A program made the translations under genes and the position numbers. A DNA stretch of 64,000 nucleotides from Lama guanicoe (Eukaryota): contig MU053994.1 of assembly GCA_013239625.1 (NCBI GenBank), positions 3,825,434 to 3,889,433 on the forward strand, read 5' to 3'. Each line of letters starts with the position of its first letter. Positions within the stretch are counted from its first letter, which is position 1. Positions 25,393 to 37,930 of this stretch are shown one piece after another. The notes under the pieces are model-generated. The model was not told where the DNA came from. It saw only the letters and a program-made list of their open reading frames with translations, and ran no database searches.

Positions 25393-25855
25393 ATTCATAA
25401 AAGGTTGCATACAAGTGACTGGAAAACTTACACTGGGCCCTCTGGAGTAAAGCCCTCAATCTTGGTAGATTGTATTAATTTACAGTTCTTCCTTCCACTA
25501 TGAGTGGAGTATATTTCACCACCCTGTTAATGCTGGTCTTTGACATGTGACTTGCTTTGGCCAAGGAAATATCAGCAGAAGTTTCAATGTGCCAGTTCTG
25601 AGTCCAGGCCTTAAAAGGTATTGCATATTTCTGTTGGTCCCTCGTAGACTTCTGCCATTTCCACAAGAAAAACATGGCCCGTATAAATACTGATCCCATA
25701 AGTAGGAGACACATAGAACAGGCCTGATCCAACTCATAGCCTGGAGCCAAAACCAGCTAATCTCAGCAAAGTCCAGCACAACTACAGATAATCCACAGAT
25801 CTGTGAGTCAGAAATATATGATTATTGTTCTAAGCCGCTGAGTTTGGGGTGATTT

Positions 25856-26900
25856 TTTTTTTGGTTTTTATTTTATTTTTTATTTTTTTATTTTTTGACA
25901 TTTTTTATTGATTTATAATCATTTTACAATGTTGTGTCAAATTCCAGTGTTCAGCACAATTTTTCAGTCATTCATGGACATATACACACTCATTGTCACA
26001 TTTTTTTCTCTGTGAGTTATCATAACATTTTGTGTATATTTCCCTGTGCTATACAGTGTAATCTTGTTTATCTATTCTACAATTTTGAAATCCCAGTCTA
26101 TCCCTTCCCACCCTCTACCCCCCTGGTAACCACAAGTCTGTATTCTCTGTCCATGAGTCTATTTCTGTCCTGTATTTATGCTTTGTTTTTGTTTGTTTGT
26201 TTGTTTTTGTTTTTGTTTTTTAGATTCCACATATGAGCGATCTCATATGGTATTTTTCTTTCTCTTTCTGGCTTACTTCACTTAGAATGACATTCTCCAG
26301 GAGCATCCATGTTGCTGCAAATGGCATTATGTTGTCGGTTTTTATGGCTGAGTAGTATTCCATTGTATAAATATACCACTTCTTCTTTATCCAGTCATCT
26401 GTTGATGGACATTTAGGCTGTTTCCATGTTTTGGCTATTGTAAATAGTGCTGCTATGAACATTGGGGTGCAGGTGTCATCCTGAAGTAGATTTCCTTCTG
26501 GATACAAGCCCAGGAGTGGGATTCCTGGGTCATATGGTAAGTCTATTCCTAGTCTTTTGAGGAATCTCCACACTGTTTTCCACAGTGGCTGCACCAAACT
26601 GCATTCCCACCAGCAGTGTAGGAGGGTTCCCCTTTCTCCACAGCCTCTCCAGCATTTGTCATTTGTGGATTTTTGAATGATGGCCATTCTGACTGGTGTG
26701 AGGTGATACCTCATTGTAGTTTTGATTTGCATTTCTCTGATAATTAGTGATATTGAGCATTTTTTCATGTGCTTTTTGATCATTTGTATAAAGAAGACAT
26801 ACGAATCACTGAGAGTGGGAGAGGGAGGCAGGGAAATATAGAATATTTTTTTCTTTCTTTTTTAAATTTTTTTTAACAGTAGGGTGGGTTTGAGATCATG
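25856..26900 (-). mobile_element. Young camelid L1, 5'-truncated, with ~110-bp non-adjacent 5' segment
   Basis: TSD ttggggtgattt at 25844-25855 and 26901-26912. Patterned poly-A. Open ORF2 C-terminus. Nearly identical to 55918-56810. Confidence 0.95.
26220..26783 (-). pseudogene. LINE-1 ORF2p C-terminal fragment (cysteine-rich domain), uninterrupted
   Basis: [19 protein letters not shown]...[18 protein letters not shown]...[10 protein letters not shown]. 187 aa ending at the native stop. Confidence 0.95.
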
Positions 26901-27650
26901 TTGGGGTGATTTCTTATATAGCTTTATTTCAGCAGTAGGTGACTAACACAGGCTTTGGTGAGAGAGAGGGGAAGCTTCTCTCCCATAGTTCCAGGGCTCA
27001 CTGTAGGTTGTGGGTAGGGAGAATTCTTTCCAGGAAAATTTTCTCCTGATCTTGACACATTCACGTTAAGTTCATAAAAAACAGACACTGCTTATAACTA
27101 AAGAGTTTAAGGATAAGGTTTGAATTTTATCATAAACGAAACTTCCTTTGGATTTTTACCTAGAAATTTTGATTGGCTCCCTTTAAATAAAGTATAAGGC
27201 CATATTTTACTATGAATGTTAAAAATAATAACTATAATAGTGTCTAAAGAATTGAAAATATACATAATTTCCCACGGGAGTTTGGAAGTCTCTCTCTCAA
27301 AATTTATCCAGGCTTCCACTGACAATTTTAACTGGTCACTTCAGGTTGGCTCACATTGTGTCTGTAGAGATTGTCCATCTGTGTGTTAAGGGTGAAATCA
27401 GTCCAACATTAGTATCCCTTTTTTCTTGAGACAAGGGAGAGAAAAGAAAGTGACATCACCTTGTGATGACTTCATGCAAAAATCATCAATTTGAATTGGC
27501 TGTTGAAAAAGCCTGCCTTAACTTAGAAGAATCTTAGGAAAAACTATGAGTAACAGTGTATAAAAAGCAGATTGAGAAATTCAGGACCAGAATATGATGT
27601 TGCTCAGTGTGCCAGTGTGGTTTCTTTGGAGGACTCTGCTATTTAAGGGG

Positions 27651-27670
27651 CACACACACACACACACACA
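27651..27670. repeat. (CA)10 microsatellite
   Basis: Read directly from the sequence. Confidence 0.95.
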
Positions 27671-28248
27671 TGACACTGAGCTGCAGTGTGTAATGCTGCC
27701 TTCAGTATTTTGCAGCTTCTGACAGTTGATGCATCAGTTTTTCTGGAACTTCCAAGGGCTTAGTTCGGGGTAAATAATAATCATTTAGTGCATTAATCTT
27801 ATATTCTCAAAATTGCCATTTTGTTTCCTCAGGACAAGAGTGTCAAGTCAAATTTACTCATGGACCAATTTCCCCTCATGAAAATCCTGGTGGGCTGAGC
27901 TAATATTTCATCAAAATGTATGCCAGCTGAAGTAAAGCTGTTTACAATGAGATTGTGTCATTGAATGATGACCTTCTATAGGCTGAAGCTGGCCTACAGG
28001 CTCAATGTTTGACATTTATACTCTAGGATATTTCAGGTTTACTTGTCCTAATATTCAAGGCAACACTGTTTCTTGGGCTTTTAGGCTTGGAAGGGATTTT
28101 GAGACCCCATTTATTGATGTGGGACTGAATCCTTTTCTCTTTAGTGGGATCTTTGGTACATATGTGATACAGATGACAGTATGTATTCTCTTTGACAACA
28201 CTTTTGGAAAAATAGCAAGAAAAAATAGGTTTAAAGTGGAGGATAAGA

Positions 28249-28317
28249 TTGACACAACACTGTAAACTGACTATACTTCAATAAAATATATATATATAAA
28301 ATAAAAATAAAAAAATT
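28249..28317 (+). mobile_element. Ultra-short L1 3' terminus with A/TA tail
   Basis: ttgacacaacactgtaaactgactatacttcaataaaa plus tail. Perfect 15-bp TSD aagtggaggataaga at 28234-28248 and 28318-28332. Confidence 0.92.
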
Positions 28318-28799
28318 AAGTGGAGGATAAGAAATTTAAGTTGTATATAAAGAAGTTGCTGATAGAATAAGCAAAACACATGAGAAATAGCTATCAGTGT
28401 TTGCTTGTAAATCTCCCTCTCATTTTGTAGTTGCATATTTGTGGCTGCAGTTTGTTAATTCATATTACACAATCGTATTTTTTGCATTTTCTTTTTCTTC
28501 TTATTCGGATTAAGTTAATTCATGGTGTTGCAGACCGAAGAGGGCATAATGGCGAGTAGATGCCTAACCTGAGCGAATGTATCGTGGTCCAATGACTGGG
28601 TTTGGCCCTTACCTTTGTCAGACATGGTTCTAACATATGGGAGCTGATTAAAGTAAACAAATCACAGGAGACAGTTGTATAAATGGAAAGCCGATGTGTT
28701 ACACTCCAGTGGGCACTATTCCTCTCTGGTGAGCAGAATAATCCTATCCTCTACCCAAGGTCCCCACCTCTCTGAGTCTGAACCAGTTTTAGTGGGAAA

Positions 28800-29270
28800 T
28801 GTTGGTTGTCATCTTGGCACCCACCCCCTCCTTTTCGATTCCTAACTAAATCTTTATTTTATCCAGCTATTGTTCACTCCCACACATGGCCCATATGCCT
28901 TAGGGGAAGCTAGCTGACCCCTGCCCTTGGAGTTCTGATTAGTCCAATCTAGTCATTTCTGCCCTGGTTTGCAGATAGTCTGGCTCAAATCAGTTTGGTC
29001 CAGTGAGAAACAAAAGGAACTTTTCTGAGAGTTTTTGGAAATGCAGCTTCCTTGTTATGGAGCATAGTTATAGGAAGTCAGTCTCTCACTGGATATGAAT
29101 GAATAGCCATTTAGCCCCAGTTCCTATAGGAAGCATCCTATAGCCATATGGGGAATTAGTCTCAGGATGAACCTGGACAGTGTTGGTGTCAGAGTGGAAA
29201 GATGAAAGTAATGTGTCCTTGATGACATCCTTGATCAACTAACTCTAACGCCTCTTCTGCAGCTGAAATT
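28800..29270 (+). mobile_element. Very old ERVL/MaLR-type LTR remnant
   Basis: cagagtggaaagatgaaagtaatgtgtccttgatgacatcc motif, shared with old MLT1/LTR16-class LTRs. Confidence 0.45.
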
Positions 29271-30473
29271 TGGCTTTAGGAGGAGGTAAGGTCCAGTTAA
29301 AACTCTAAAGAGAGAGTTTGATCTTTTCATAAGAAGGAGGAAATATGACTACTTTGGAGTCACCCATCAAGTTTTCTAGATATCCATTTGGATGAACAGG
29401 CAATGAATTGAAATACACTGGAGGGAAGACAAAAGAAAGACTGTAATGGCCCCTGAGCTGTTCCTGTCCTTGCTAAAGGAGCCAACAACCCAAACAAGAA
29501 GAGGTTGTCTTTAGAAATGACATATGGCTAGGTAGGTTTTGAAAAATTAAAAAGGGAAAAAGGTTTCCAGTGCTTCTAGCTTATTAAGGCATAAAAATGA
29601 GAACCAATTTGCAAAGATGTGGGCAGTAGCAGAATGAATAGTGGAGGCTGATGAGGTATGTTTGCCCAGGGCAACTCATTAAAAAGCACCTGACTACCAT
29701 ACTGAAACCCCTCTAATTTCCACTGCCTCCCACCTTACCACTTTATCAACTTCAGAGGGAAAGTTAGTTTATTCTTCAAAAAGGCCCACTTCTGAAATTT
29801 ATTTGTTGCCAAAATCCTTTTCTTTCTTGTAGAAACACACTGGAATCATTCAATTGCTTTCGGATGGGCATGCAAGGCAATGCCTCTCCTCAGCATTGAG
29901 GCAGGCAAGGAAAGATTGACATTGTGCCTCTGTTTCTGACACTTCTCTGCCTTCATCTTCTAGTCAACAACATACCATTACAGATGAGGTAAGACAGCAT
30001 GTGCTCATTCTCTGTGCATTTAAAATGTGGATTCAGCAAGTTCATCTCTTCTCTTTGTTTTGACAATGGGAAAGGGAAGGCTGCTTTGATCTTCAAAAAT
30101 TATGACTGTAAATAATGCCTGTTCAAATATTGGCTCAAGATTAAAATAGTGATTGTTTCTTAGTTGTTTTTAGACCAAAGCCCCCTTTCCTCCTTTGGAT
30201 GTGTTAGATGCTGATCAAGTTCAAATTTCCATATTATATCTATGTATCTGAGGTGTATTTGACAAACAAGTGGTGTACTGTTTTTCAGGTAAATATTTTG
30301 TTATAGATTTTTTTCTTATCGTGAAATTAATGCCTGCTTATTATAAAGTTGTACCATATACAGAAAAAGGGTAAATAAGGAAAAAAAATCCTGAAAACCT
30401 GTAAGCATTCCACTCAGAAATACTGCTAGCATCTATATCTATATTTTTTATAAATATGTGTATAGGTAAATCT

Positions 30474-30490
30474 TATATATATATATATAT
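30474..30490. repeat. (TA)n microsatellite
   Basis: Read directly from the sequence. Confidence 0.9.
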
Positions 30491-30849
30491 AAATTTTCCT
30501 TAAAAGTTATTCATTATATTGGTTATATAGTTTTGAATTTTCCTTTTTAAAATAAGCTATCAGCCTGTGAACTAGATGGTGCTCAATTCAGTGTATTTGT
30601 TGTGTTCATGGTGAGATTTATTAGTTTTCCTATTGGTGCTTTGTTTAGGGAGCTTTTTGTGGCCCAGTATTTTCAGTCTGGCTTCACAGTGTATGGAGAA
30701 ACACTCTCCTGTGTACATGAATGAGGATCTTTGATTTGCTACTCTTTCTAGAGAGAATGATGAATCCAATTCTGCAGTTTTAGATTTAACTCCAAGATTG
30801 ATGTGTATTTGGCCATAAACTTAAAGGCTAGGCAATCAGGCTTCCAACA

Positions 30850-31290
30850 TGTTTTAATCCCATGCCACGTGCAGAATGTGATGCTAATTGTTTTAGAGCT
30901 TATTGTGGATGTAGGAAGACATCAGGCCTCTAGCGCCCAGCAGTTCATGAAACAATTGCCGAGGAGAGAATGGGTTCTGGTGGAGTCTGGCACTGGCTGG
31001 TTTTGCGGGGAGGTGAATAGAGTGCACGGGCCAAACTCTAGGGCTCAGCTCTAGAATAAGAAATGCAGTACTCACATGTGCAGAGGCAGAAAACGTCTTT
31101 ACAAATGTCAGGAAGGGCAAGCAGCTTAGCTTGGCAAGAGCAGAGGAGCCACGCAGGGGAGAACAGACCGAAGGCTGATTTGTTTGGAGGGCCTGGACAC
31201 AGGGCAGACAAGCCTGAATTTGACAACACAGATGGGAAGAATCCTGAGTAGGTTTCCCAGCAGGGGAGTGACATAAAGACGAGGGCATTC
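30850..31290 (-). mobile_element. Degraded L2 fragment
   Basis: agggcctggacacagggcagacaagcctgaatttgac...gatgggaagaatcctgagtaggtttcccagcaggggagtgacat. Confidence 0.55.
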
Positions 31291-31689
31291 AAAGCAGATT
31301 ATTTTATTGCCTGTGTGTATCTGCAGCTCCCGTGATCTAGTGTGATCATCCTAAGAGCATGCCTGCTAGGCTTCTGCCCCGTCGGAGTCTGGCCATCGAA
31401 GTTGTGTGCAGCTTGTGCAGCTGGTATCACATTCTGTCCCACTGGGAAGGTCTGAGGTGGGCCAATTCCAGCCCCTTGAAATAATTAGTTCCCACTGCTC
31501 TCTGTGTACAGAACCAAAAGGAGCATTGTGGGTAATGCCCAGAGACTGCCAACAGAAAGTATTAAATTAGCTGGATTTAAGAAAGAACAAGGGGATTATT
31601 TTCCAACTATGAGCCCAACTTGAGAGGTAGTAATTGTCTTCCTTTCCTCTACTCTCTAAAATTAGCACAAATTTTTGCCACATAAAACA

Positions 31690-34380
31690 CATGCTCCTGC
31701 CCTTATACACTGCTGCTGGGGATGCAAAATTGTACCTAGGAAGGAGAATTTGATCATTTCTAACAAAATTCCATGTGCATTTTGAATTACTAATACCACT
31801 TCTACAATCCCAAGATAAAGAGGCAAAAACTGTAGAAAGACATATATGCAAGGCTATTCATTACAACACATTGCAGCAAAACATTGAAAACAACTCCAGT
31901 CCCATCAATGGGAGATTGAAAAATTATCATACATCTACACAAAGGAGTGCTATGTAGCAATAAAAAGGGATGAGTTATTTCTCTATATACTGCTAGGAAT
32001 GGTTTCTAGTCCACTTTATTATGTAAAGAAAGCAAGGTGGAGAAATGTGTATGTATTATCATTTAAGAAAGAGGATTATGAATATATGTATTCATATATG
32101 TATATTCATATAGAATATGTTTATTTACTTATATTAAAAAGGAAAAATAAGCCTAAGCATAAAAATGTTAAGAAAGAGGTTACCAGTGGCGAAAGAAGGG
32201 GCAGGAAATAAGAAAACAAGATGAAAGAGAGGAGATAGAAGTGGGACTTCTCTGAATATACCTTGTTTTGTACATTTGAATTTGGAAATGTAATTATTCT
32301 ACATAATTACAATACAAAGTTAAATTTAAAAAGCAATCCTTAAAAAAAGCAATATGAAGCAGCTGAAACAAACTATATTAACAAGGTTTTGGTATAACCA
32401 TACACAGAGGAACTGTTCCATATGATTTCAATTAAACACAATAATTTGCTTTTATATGCCTAGAAGGATATATGCTAAGGACAGAAAGAACTATAAAAAT
32501 ATCTCGGTAAAGTTGGTGTTGTAATTTTGACATTGTTGTGTGTTAGTGTGGGATAAAGCAAATGAGTATTTATGTTGGTGGTGTTTGGAATCAGGATTTT
32601 TGGCATAAAAATGAGGTACAGATAATAATATAGATGAGATTAAGTAAAAGCCTTGTATTTCTGAATTTGAAATGGAAGTATCAGTAAAGTCTCATGTCGT
32701 TTTTCTTCTTAAAAGAAATCTGTCTAGCAAGCTTTGAACACTGAAAAGATTTAAAGACAAAAATCAGTAGCAATGAACATCCCCGGTGTCCAAGTTGTGG
32801 TCTTTAAGCACAATTTTCCATTAAAAGAACTGGGGCTCCTTGGGAAAATAGCTGATACCACAGTGGAAAATGTACAAGATAAGCCTAGAACATCTTGTTA
32901 TACTAGGAATCAAGGAAGCTTTCAAGGACTACTGTGGGCTTCTCAAAAGAACTACTTAAAGAAGGACAATTTGATCATCAATAAGAATAACAACTGTAGT
33001 GGATCAAAACAGTTATATGTGTTTAATCCATGTGCTCATTCTGATTCTAAAAAAAGTAAATCTCATTCATTGGTCACCTTTGGATCTCTTTTGGATGTAT
33101 TAGAGAACAAACAGGTATTTTGAAAGCTAGAATATAATGGGAGAAAATACTGTTTTTTTCCCTTGTTTTTTCTACATGTAAGGCACATCATGATAATCAA
33201 ATAACTGAAAAGGGGAAATTCTTTCTTAGAGAAGCATATTAGCTAGTAATTGAAGAAGGAATGATAGAATTTTAACACTGCTATTTTGCAATCTCTCATG
33301 AAATACTGCATCCTGACAGTGATCATCAGTGACTACTGACAACACAGACACACAGACACACACAGACACACACACACACGCACACGCAATATCAGCCTTT
33401 TTTGGCCTTCTAATGGATGCTCACATCACCACCTATTAAGAATTGTTGCCAGAAAATTGAAACTGCATATGATCAAAACTTTAGCTTTAATTACCAATTT
33501 ATAGGAAATACAGAGGACAGAGAAACAATTACAGGAAATACAAGGGAGAGTTAAACAACATTATGAGATACAATTAGCAAAATCTAGACTGTGGAAAATA
33601 TTATGGACTCATTACCAAATTTGATCAACAAAAATTGCAAGGAAAAAAGAGATGGGATAATAAAAGAGACTTAAAATAAGTAAACCAATTACTAAGTATA
33701 GATCTTTGAATATTGACTGATGATATTTTGAAATTATTGCTCATTTTTACAGCTGATATTGGTATTGTCATTGTTTTTTTGAGGCAGACACTGAGGTATT
33801 TGCACATGGCATGATTAAAAGTCCTGGATTTGCTTCAAAATAAAGGAGTAGCCTGGGATGGGGAGGACAGTGAGTAGGGCAGTAGTTGAAACAAGACTAT
33901 GACTGATTATTAGAAAATGTAAGCTCTTCATTAGTTTTGTTAGAAGGGATAATGATACTCTGGTTATGTGGGAACATGTCTTTATCATTAGAGATGCACA
34001 CTGAAATATTTGGGGATGAAATAATACAGTGTCTTCAATTTACCTTAAAATATTTCAGCCAAAAAGTAGATATTGCTGTTATGACAATGGTTTTGTGGTT
34101 ATATGGGGAAATTGTTCTTATTTTTTTACAGAGAGTCACTGAAATATTTCGAGTTGAATGTCATTGATGTCTGCACTTACCTTAAAATACTTTAGGCAGA
34201 ATAGAAAGGCAGAATAACAAAATATCTGTATCAATTATATCAAGGTAACTCTATGACATACTGTCTCCTCCGTGTTTGTAAAGGTTCATGATATATTCTC
34301 TAAAATGTAAAATAAAATGCAAAAGATTAAAAAGAAAGATTGGTCATGAGATATTATTTGAAACTAAGTGATGTGATGAT
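31690..34380 (+). mobile_element. Ancient L1MC4/5- or L1ME-type ORF2 end and long 3' UTR
   Basis: cagtagcaatgaacatccccgg...aaaagaactggggctccttgggaaaatagctgat...agcaaaatctagactgtggaaa. Internal CA repeat at ~33341-33387. Confidence 0.72.
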
Positions 34381-35524
34381 TACAGGCATCACCAGGTAAT
34401 GATAAGCAGGCTAACTGCTCTCAAACATGAAGAGTAGAGCACAGAGGGAAAAGCAATGTCTTTATTTAATGTTTACCAATCGGTTTCAAAGTTCATGAGT
34501 AATCTTTAAGGCTGCTAAGATTCTGTTGTGATTTTTAAAAGATAGTTTATTTCATTTTTGGCTCTATTAAAAGAATCAATTAGAACTGAGAACTTCCATA
34601 AAAACATTAAAATTTAACTCAGTACTTAGTGATAAGTCAGACAATACTGATTGTTGGGCTTGTTAGAAAAGGTGACATTTCCAATTGTAATATATATGCA
34701 TGAGTCATCTCTCATGAGTACCAGAGTGTTGATAGTAGCCCAGGCTTTAGAAAAGTTGTATTTGCTGCAGACGGTGTGCTTTAGTTCTTTGTAAGTCTCG
34801 ATGGGTGTTAGCACAAACACTGCTCATTTGTCGTCTTTTACTAAGCAAAACTTTTCTGTGCAGATGGCACAGAAGTGTACTCTTTTATCCCTGACCTTCC
34901 TGGGACCTTTGTTCCCATCAGCAATCTCTTCCTCAACTGCTTCACTGTCATCTCAAAGGGAATCTACCAGTCCCCTGATTTCTTCTGAAGTGCTTCTCTC
35001 TTGACCCTGGTCCCAGGAAGTACTCTTTGTGTTTGTCTTTCTTTGCCTATGACTTCAGGTCATCTGGGGAATTGTTTACAGTTTCAGATATCACCGGCCA
35101 CTACTGAAAAGGAAGAAAAGTAAAACTGTCTTTCTTTTGAACTCTGTGGAGAGACAGGTATTTTAAACTCTGGAAGACAGGAAGGAAGTGTCTCACTGAA
35201 ACCTTTACCTTCGTTTAAACAAGGGTCTCTTTGCTTCAGGGTGGCTGCTGAATTGATTTCAGTAGTATCCAATTCGGAGCATGATTTTATAGTAAATAGT
35301 AAGTGCATGACTTCATTTTAGAATTTTATTAAATGGATGAGTAAAAATTACCAAAGCATACTTGGGAGTTAGATAGTTTTGAATTCAGTGTGATAATTTA
35401 TGCAATTAACAGCTAAATCTGTGCCACCCTCCAAACAGAGATTAATGGAGTTCATTTTGATAACCTTATTGCTCACACTCTCTTTGTTGTGTGTAAGCAT
35501 ATTAATAATAGACATTAATAATGC

Positions 35525-35690
35525 CTTGGATATTTAAAGTATTACTGTACTCAGACCATTTACATTGATGTTATCTCATCTTATGAGGTAGTCAAAGCAA
35601 ATGTTTGAGAAATTGAGAAATTTTGATCCAAGGATATCAGAAGACTCACCAAAGTTAGTGACAGAACCCAGAGTCAAGAAATGCTCTTTC
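35525..35690 (-). mobile_element. MIR fragment
   Basis: tttacattgatgttatctcatcttatgaggtag...agttagtgacagaacccagagtc. Confidence 0.5.
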
Positions 35691-35799
35691 TACATCTCCC
35701 TCCTCATGTCTCTCCCCACAAGAACACCAGGGTGTAGGCTTGATTCCCACTTCACTTTTCAAAGAATCAGATTTGGTTTCACTGATTTTTTTTTTTAAT

Positions 35800-36230
35800 C
35801 TGGAAAGGACACATCTATTATCTCACAGTTTTTGTGGAGTCTGGACACAGCTTAGCTGAATACTCTGCTTAGGTTTCACAAGGCTGCAGTCAAAGCATCA
35901 GTTGGAACTGTGGTCTCATCTGATGTTTGGAAACCTGTTACAAGCTCATTCAGCTTACAGACAGAATTCACTTCCTTGCAGCAGCAGAACTCATGAAATG
36001 TTTCACCTTCTTTGAGGCCAGTAGGAGATTGTCTCTCTGGTACTTCATCCTCTTTTACAAACTCCCTTAAGTCAGGCCCTTCCCCAAACAACCTCCCTTT
36101 TGATTAACTCAAAAATCAACTGTAATCTAATCACAGGAGTGAAATTTACACTCAAAGGGAGGAAACTATACAAGGCACATTAACCAGAAGGTGCTAATCT
36201 TGGGGCCATCTTAGAACTCTGCCAACCATA
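35800..36230 (-). mobile_element. MLT1D/E-like MaLR LTR
   Basis: attatctcacagtttttgtggagtctggacacagcttagctg...cttggggccatcttagaactctgccaaccata. Confidence 0.78.
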
Positions 36231-36234
36231 ACCC

Positions 36235-36645
36235 ATATACCCAAAAACTTCAAAACATTGCTGTGAGAAATTCAAGAAGAACTAAATAGATGGAGACATA
36301 TACTGTGTACATCGGCTGCAAGGCTCAACAGTGGTAGACTATCAGTTCTTTCCAAATTTATTTATAGATTCAATGTGATCCAAATTAAAATCTTAGCAGG
36401 TTTTTTTTGCCGACATTGATAAGCTGATTCTAAAATTCTAATAGGAATGCAGAGGACCTAGAAGAGCCAAAACAGCTTTGAAAAAGAAGATCAAAGTTGG
36501 AGTACCAACACTATCTAATTTTAAGATATCAGAAGGCTACAGTTATCAAGTCAGTGTGATATTGGCATTAAGACAGATGAACAGATGAATGGAACAGAAT
36601 AGAGATTCAAGAACTGGACCCACACATGTATGGACAACTGCTTTT
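36235..36645 (+). mobile_element. Old L1 ORF2 fragment
   Basis: atttatagattcaatgtgatccaaattaaaatc...ggctacagttatcaagtcagtgtgatattggc...aatggaacagaatagag. Confidence 0.8.
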
Positions 36646-36796
36646 TGCCTTCATTTATTCATTTTTAAAATGCTCTTCCTTTCTTCATGTAGATCTGAGT
36701 TTCTGACCTATATAATTTTCTTTCTAAAGAATTTCTTTTACATTTCTTACAAGGGTTACATTGATTTTTCTGTATCATTTTTCTATTTTCAACTTC

Positions 36797-36854
36797 CAGG
36801 GTATAGCTCAAGTGGTAGAGCGCATGCTTAGCATGCACAAGGTCCTAGGTTCAA
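36797..36854 (+). mobile_element. Tailless 3'-truncated Vic-1/tRNA-Ala(AGC)-derived retrocopy
   Basis: agggtatagctcaagtggtagagcgcatgcttagcatgcacaaggtcctaggttcaa. Flanked by ttcaacttc at 36788-36796 and 36850-36858. No A tail. Confidence 0.85.
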
Positions 36855-36924
36855 CTTCATTGATTTCTGATCTTAAACTTATTGTTTCCTCCCTTCTGTT
36901 TGCTTCGGATTCAATTCTTTCTCT

Positions 36925-37930
36925 TGGAAGAAAATATATAGAATATTATTATGATCTGTGTAGGAACTGATTTTTCAAACAAGAACCCAAAAGCACAGGC
37001 ATAATGGAAAAAAAATGGTAAATTCTACTACATTGAAATCTAAAACTTTCACACATCAAAGCTTACCATAAATAAGGAAAACACAGGTCATGTTAAGAGA
37101 ATATATTTGCAATGCATGTAACTGATAATATGTACAAATGAAATAAAAACAACAAAAAATTTAAAAGAAAACAATAAAAATGGGCAAAGGTTCATACAGG
37201 CAATTTGGATAAGTGGAAACTCAAATGGGCAATAAACATGAAAAGATGTTCCAACTCACTACCAATTTGAGAAATGAAATTTCAAGGAGGAATGAGATTC
37301 CATTTTACAAACATTAGATTTATAAAAATTGAAAAGCGTAGGATTTATACTGCCTGAGATTTATACCACCAACATTTTGGTAGTATCAATTGATATAACC
37401 ACTTTGGAGAGCAAATTGGCCTTGACTAGTAAAGTTGGAAGTGCATATACTAGAACCCAGAAATTCCCCCTGGAGTTATGTACATTGCAGCTTTGGGTCA
37501 TCAGCAAGAGAATGAATAGCATGTAGTATGGTCATGCAATGTAAGCATGCAGTTGAAATAAATGAATTAGTGATATCTATGTCAACCTGGGTGAAGCTTT
37601 AAAATATATTAAGAAAAAAGCACATTTCAATAGAGTAGATACAATATGATACCATTTATATGAAGTTTTAAAAGATGAAAATCAATACTACATATTGTTT
37701 AGTGATACCAACATTTGTAACTGAAGTATGAAGATCTCCTGAGAATGCTAATCAAACTCTGGAGGGTGATTCCTCTGGTGGAGGTAGTGGAGGGAAGGAA
37801 ACTTAATAGGGAATGGTGACATATAGGGTGTCAATTTTATTTGCTACGTCTTAGGCTGGCTCATGAGTACACAAATATTATATTATTTTCTGAACTTCTT
37901 GTATTTCTTAAATCTTTCAAAGTCTTTCAT
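36925..37930 (+). mobile_element. Degraded L1ME-type ORF2 end and 3' UTR
   Basis: caaatgggcaataaacatgaaaagatgttccaactcac...accactttggagagcaaattggc...atatgataccatttatatgaagttttaaaa. Confidence 0.72.

Larger units (their letters stand above)
25463..26950 (+). mobile_element. MLT1H/I-like MaLR LTR split by a young L1 (LTR parts ~25463-25855 and 26901-26950)
   Basis: catgtgacttgctttggccaagg...gttctaagccgctgagtttggggtgattt | cttatatagctttatttcagcagtaggtgactaacaca. Confidence 0.8.

Noticed and set aside
29940..35160. Isolated acceptor/donor pairs (e.g. ~29964-29988, ~35059-35157)
   Set aside because: Such motifs are frequent by chance, and they give no consistent reading frame or recognisable protein.
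36797..36854. Functional tRNA-Ala(AGC) gene
   Set aside because: It lacks the 3' T-stem and acceptor strand, and it is TSD-flanked and SINE-like.
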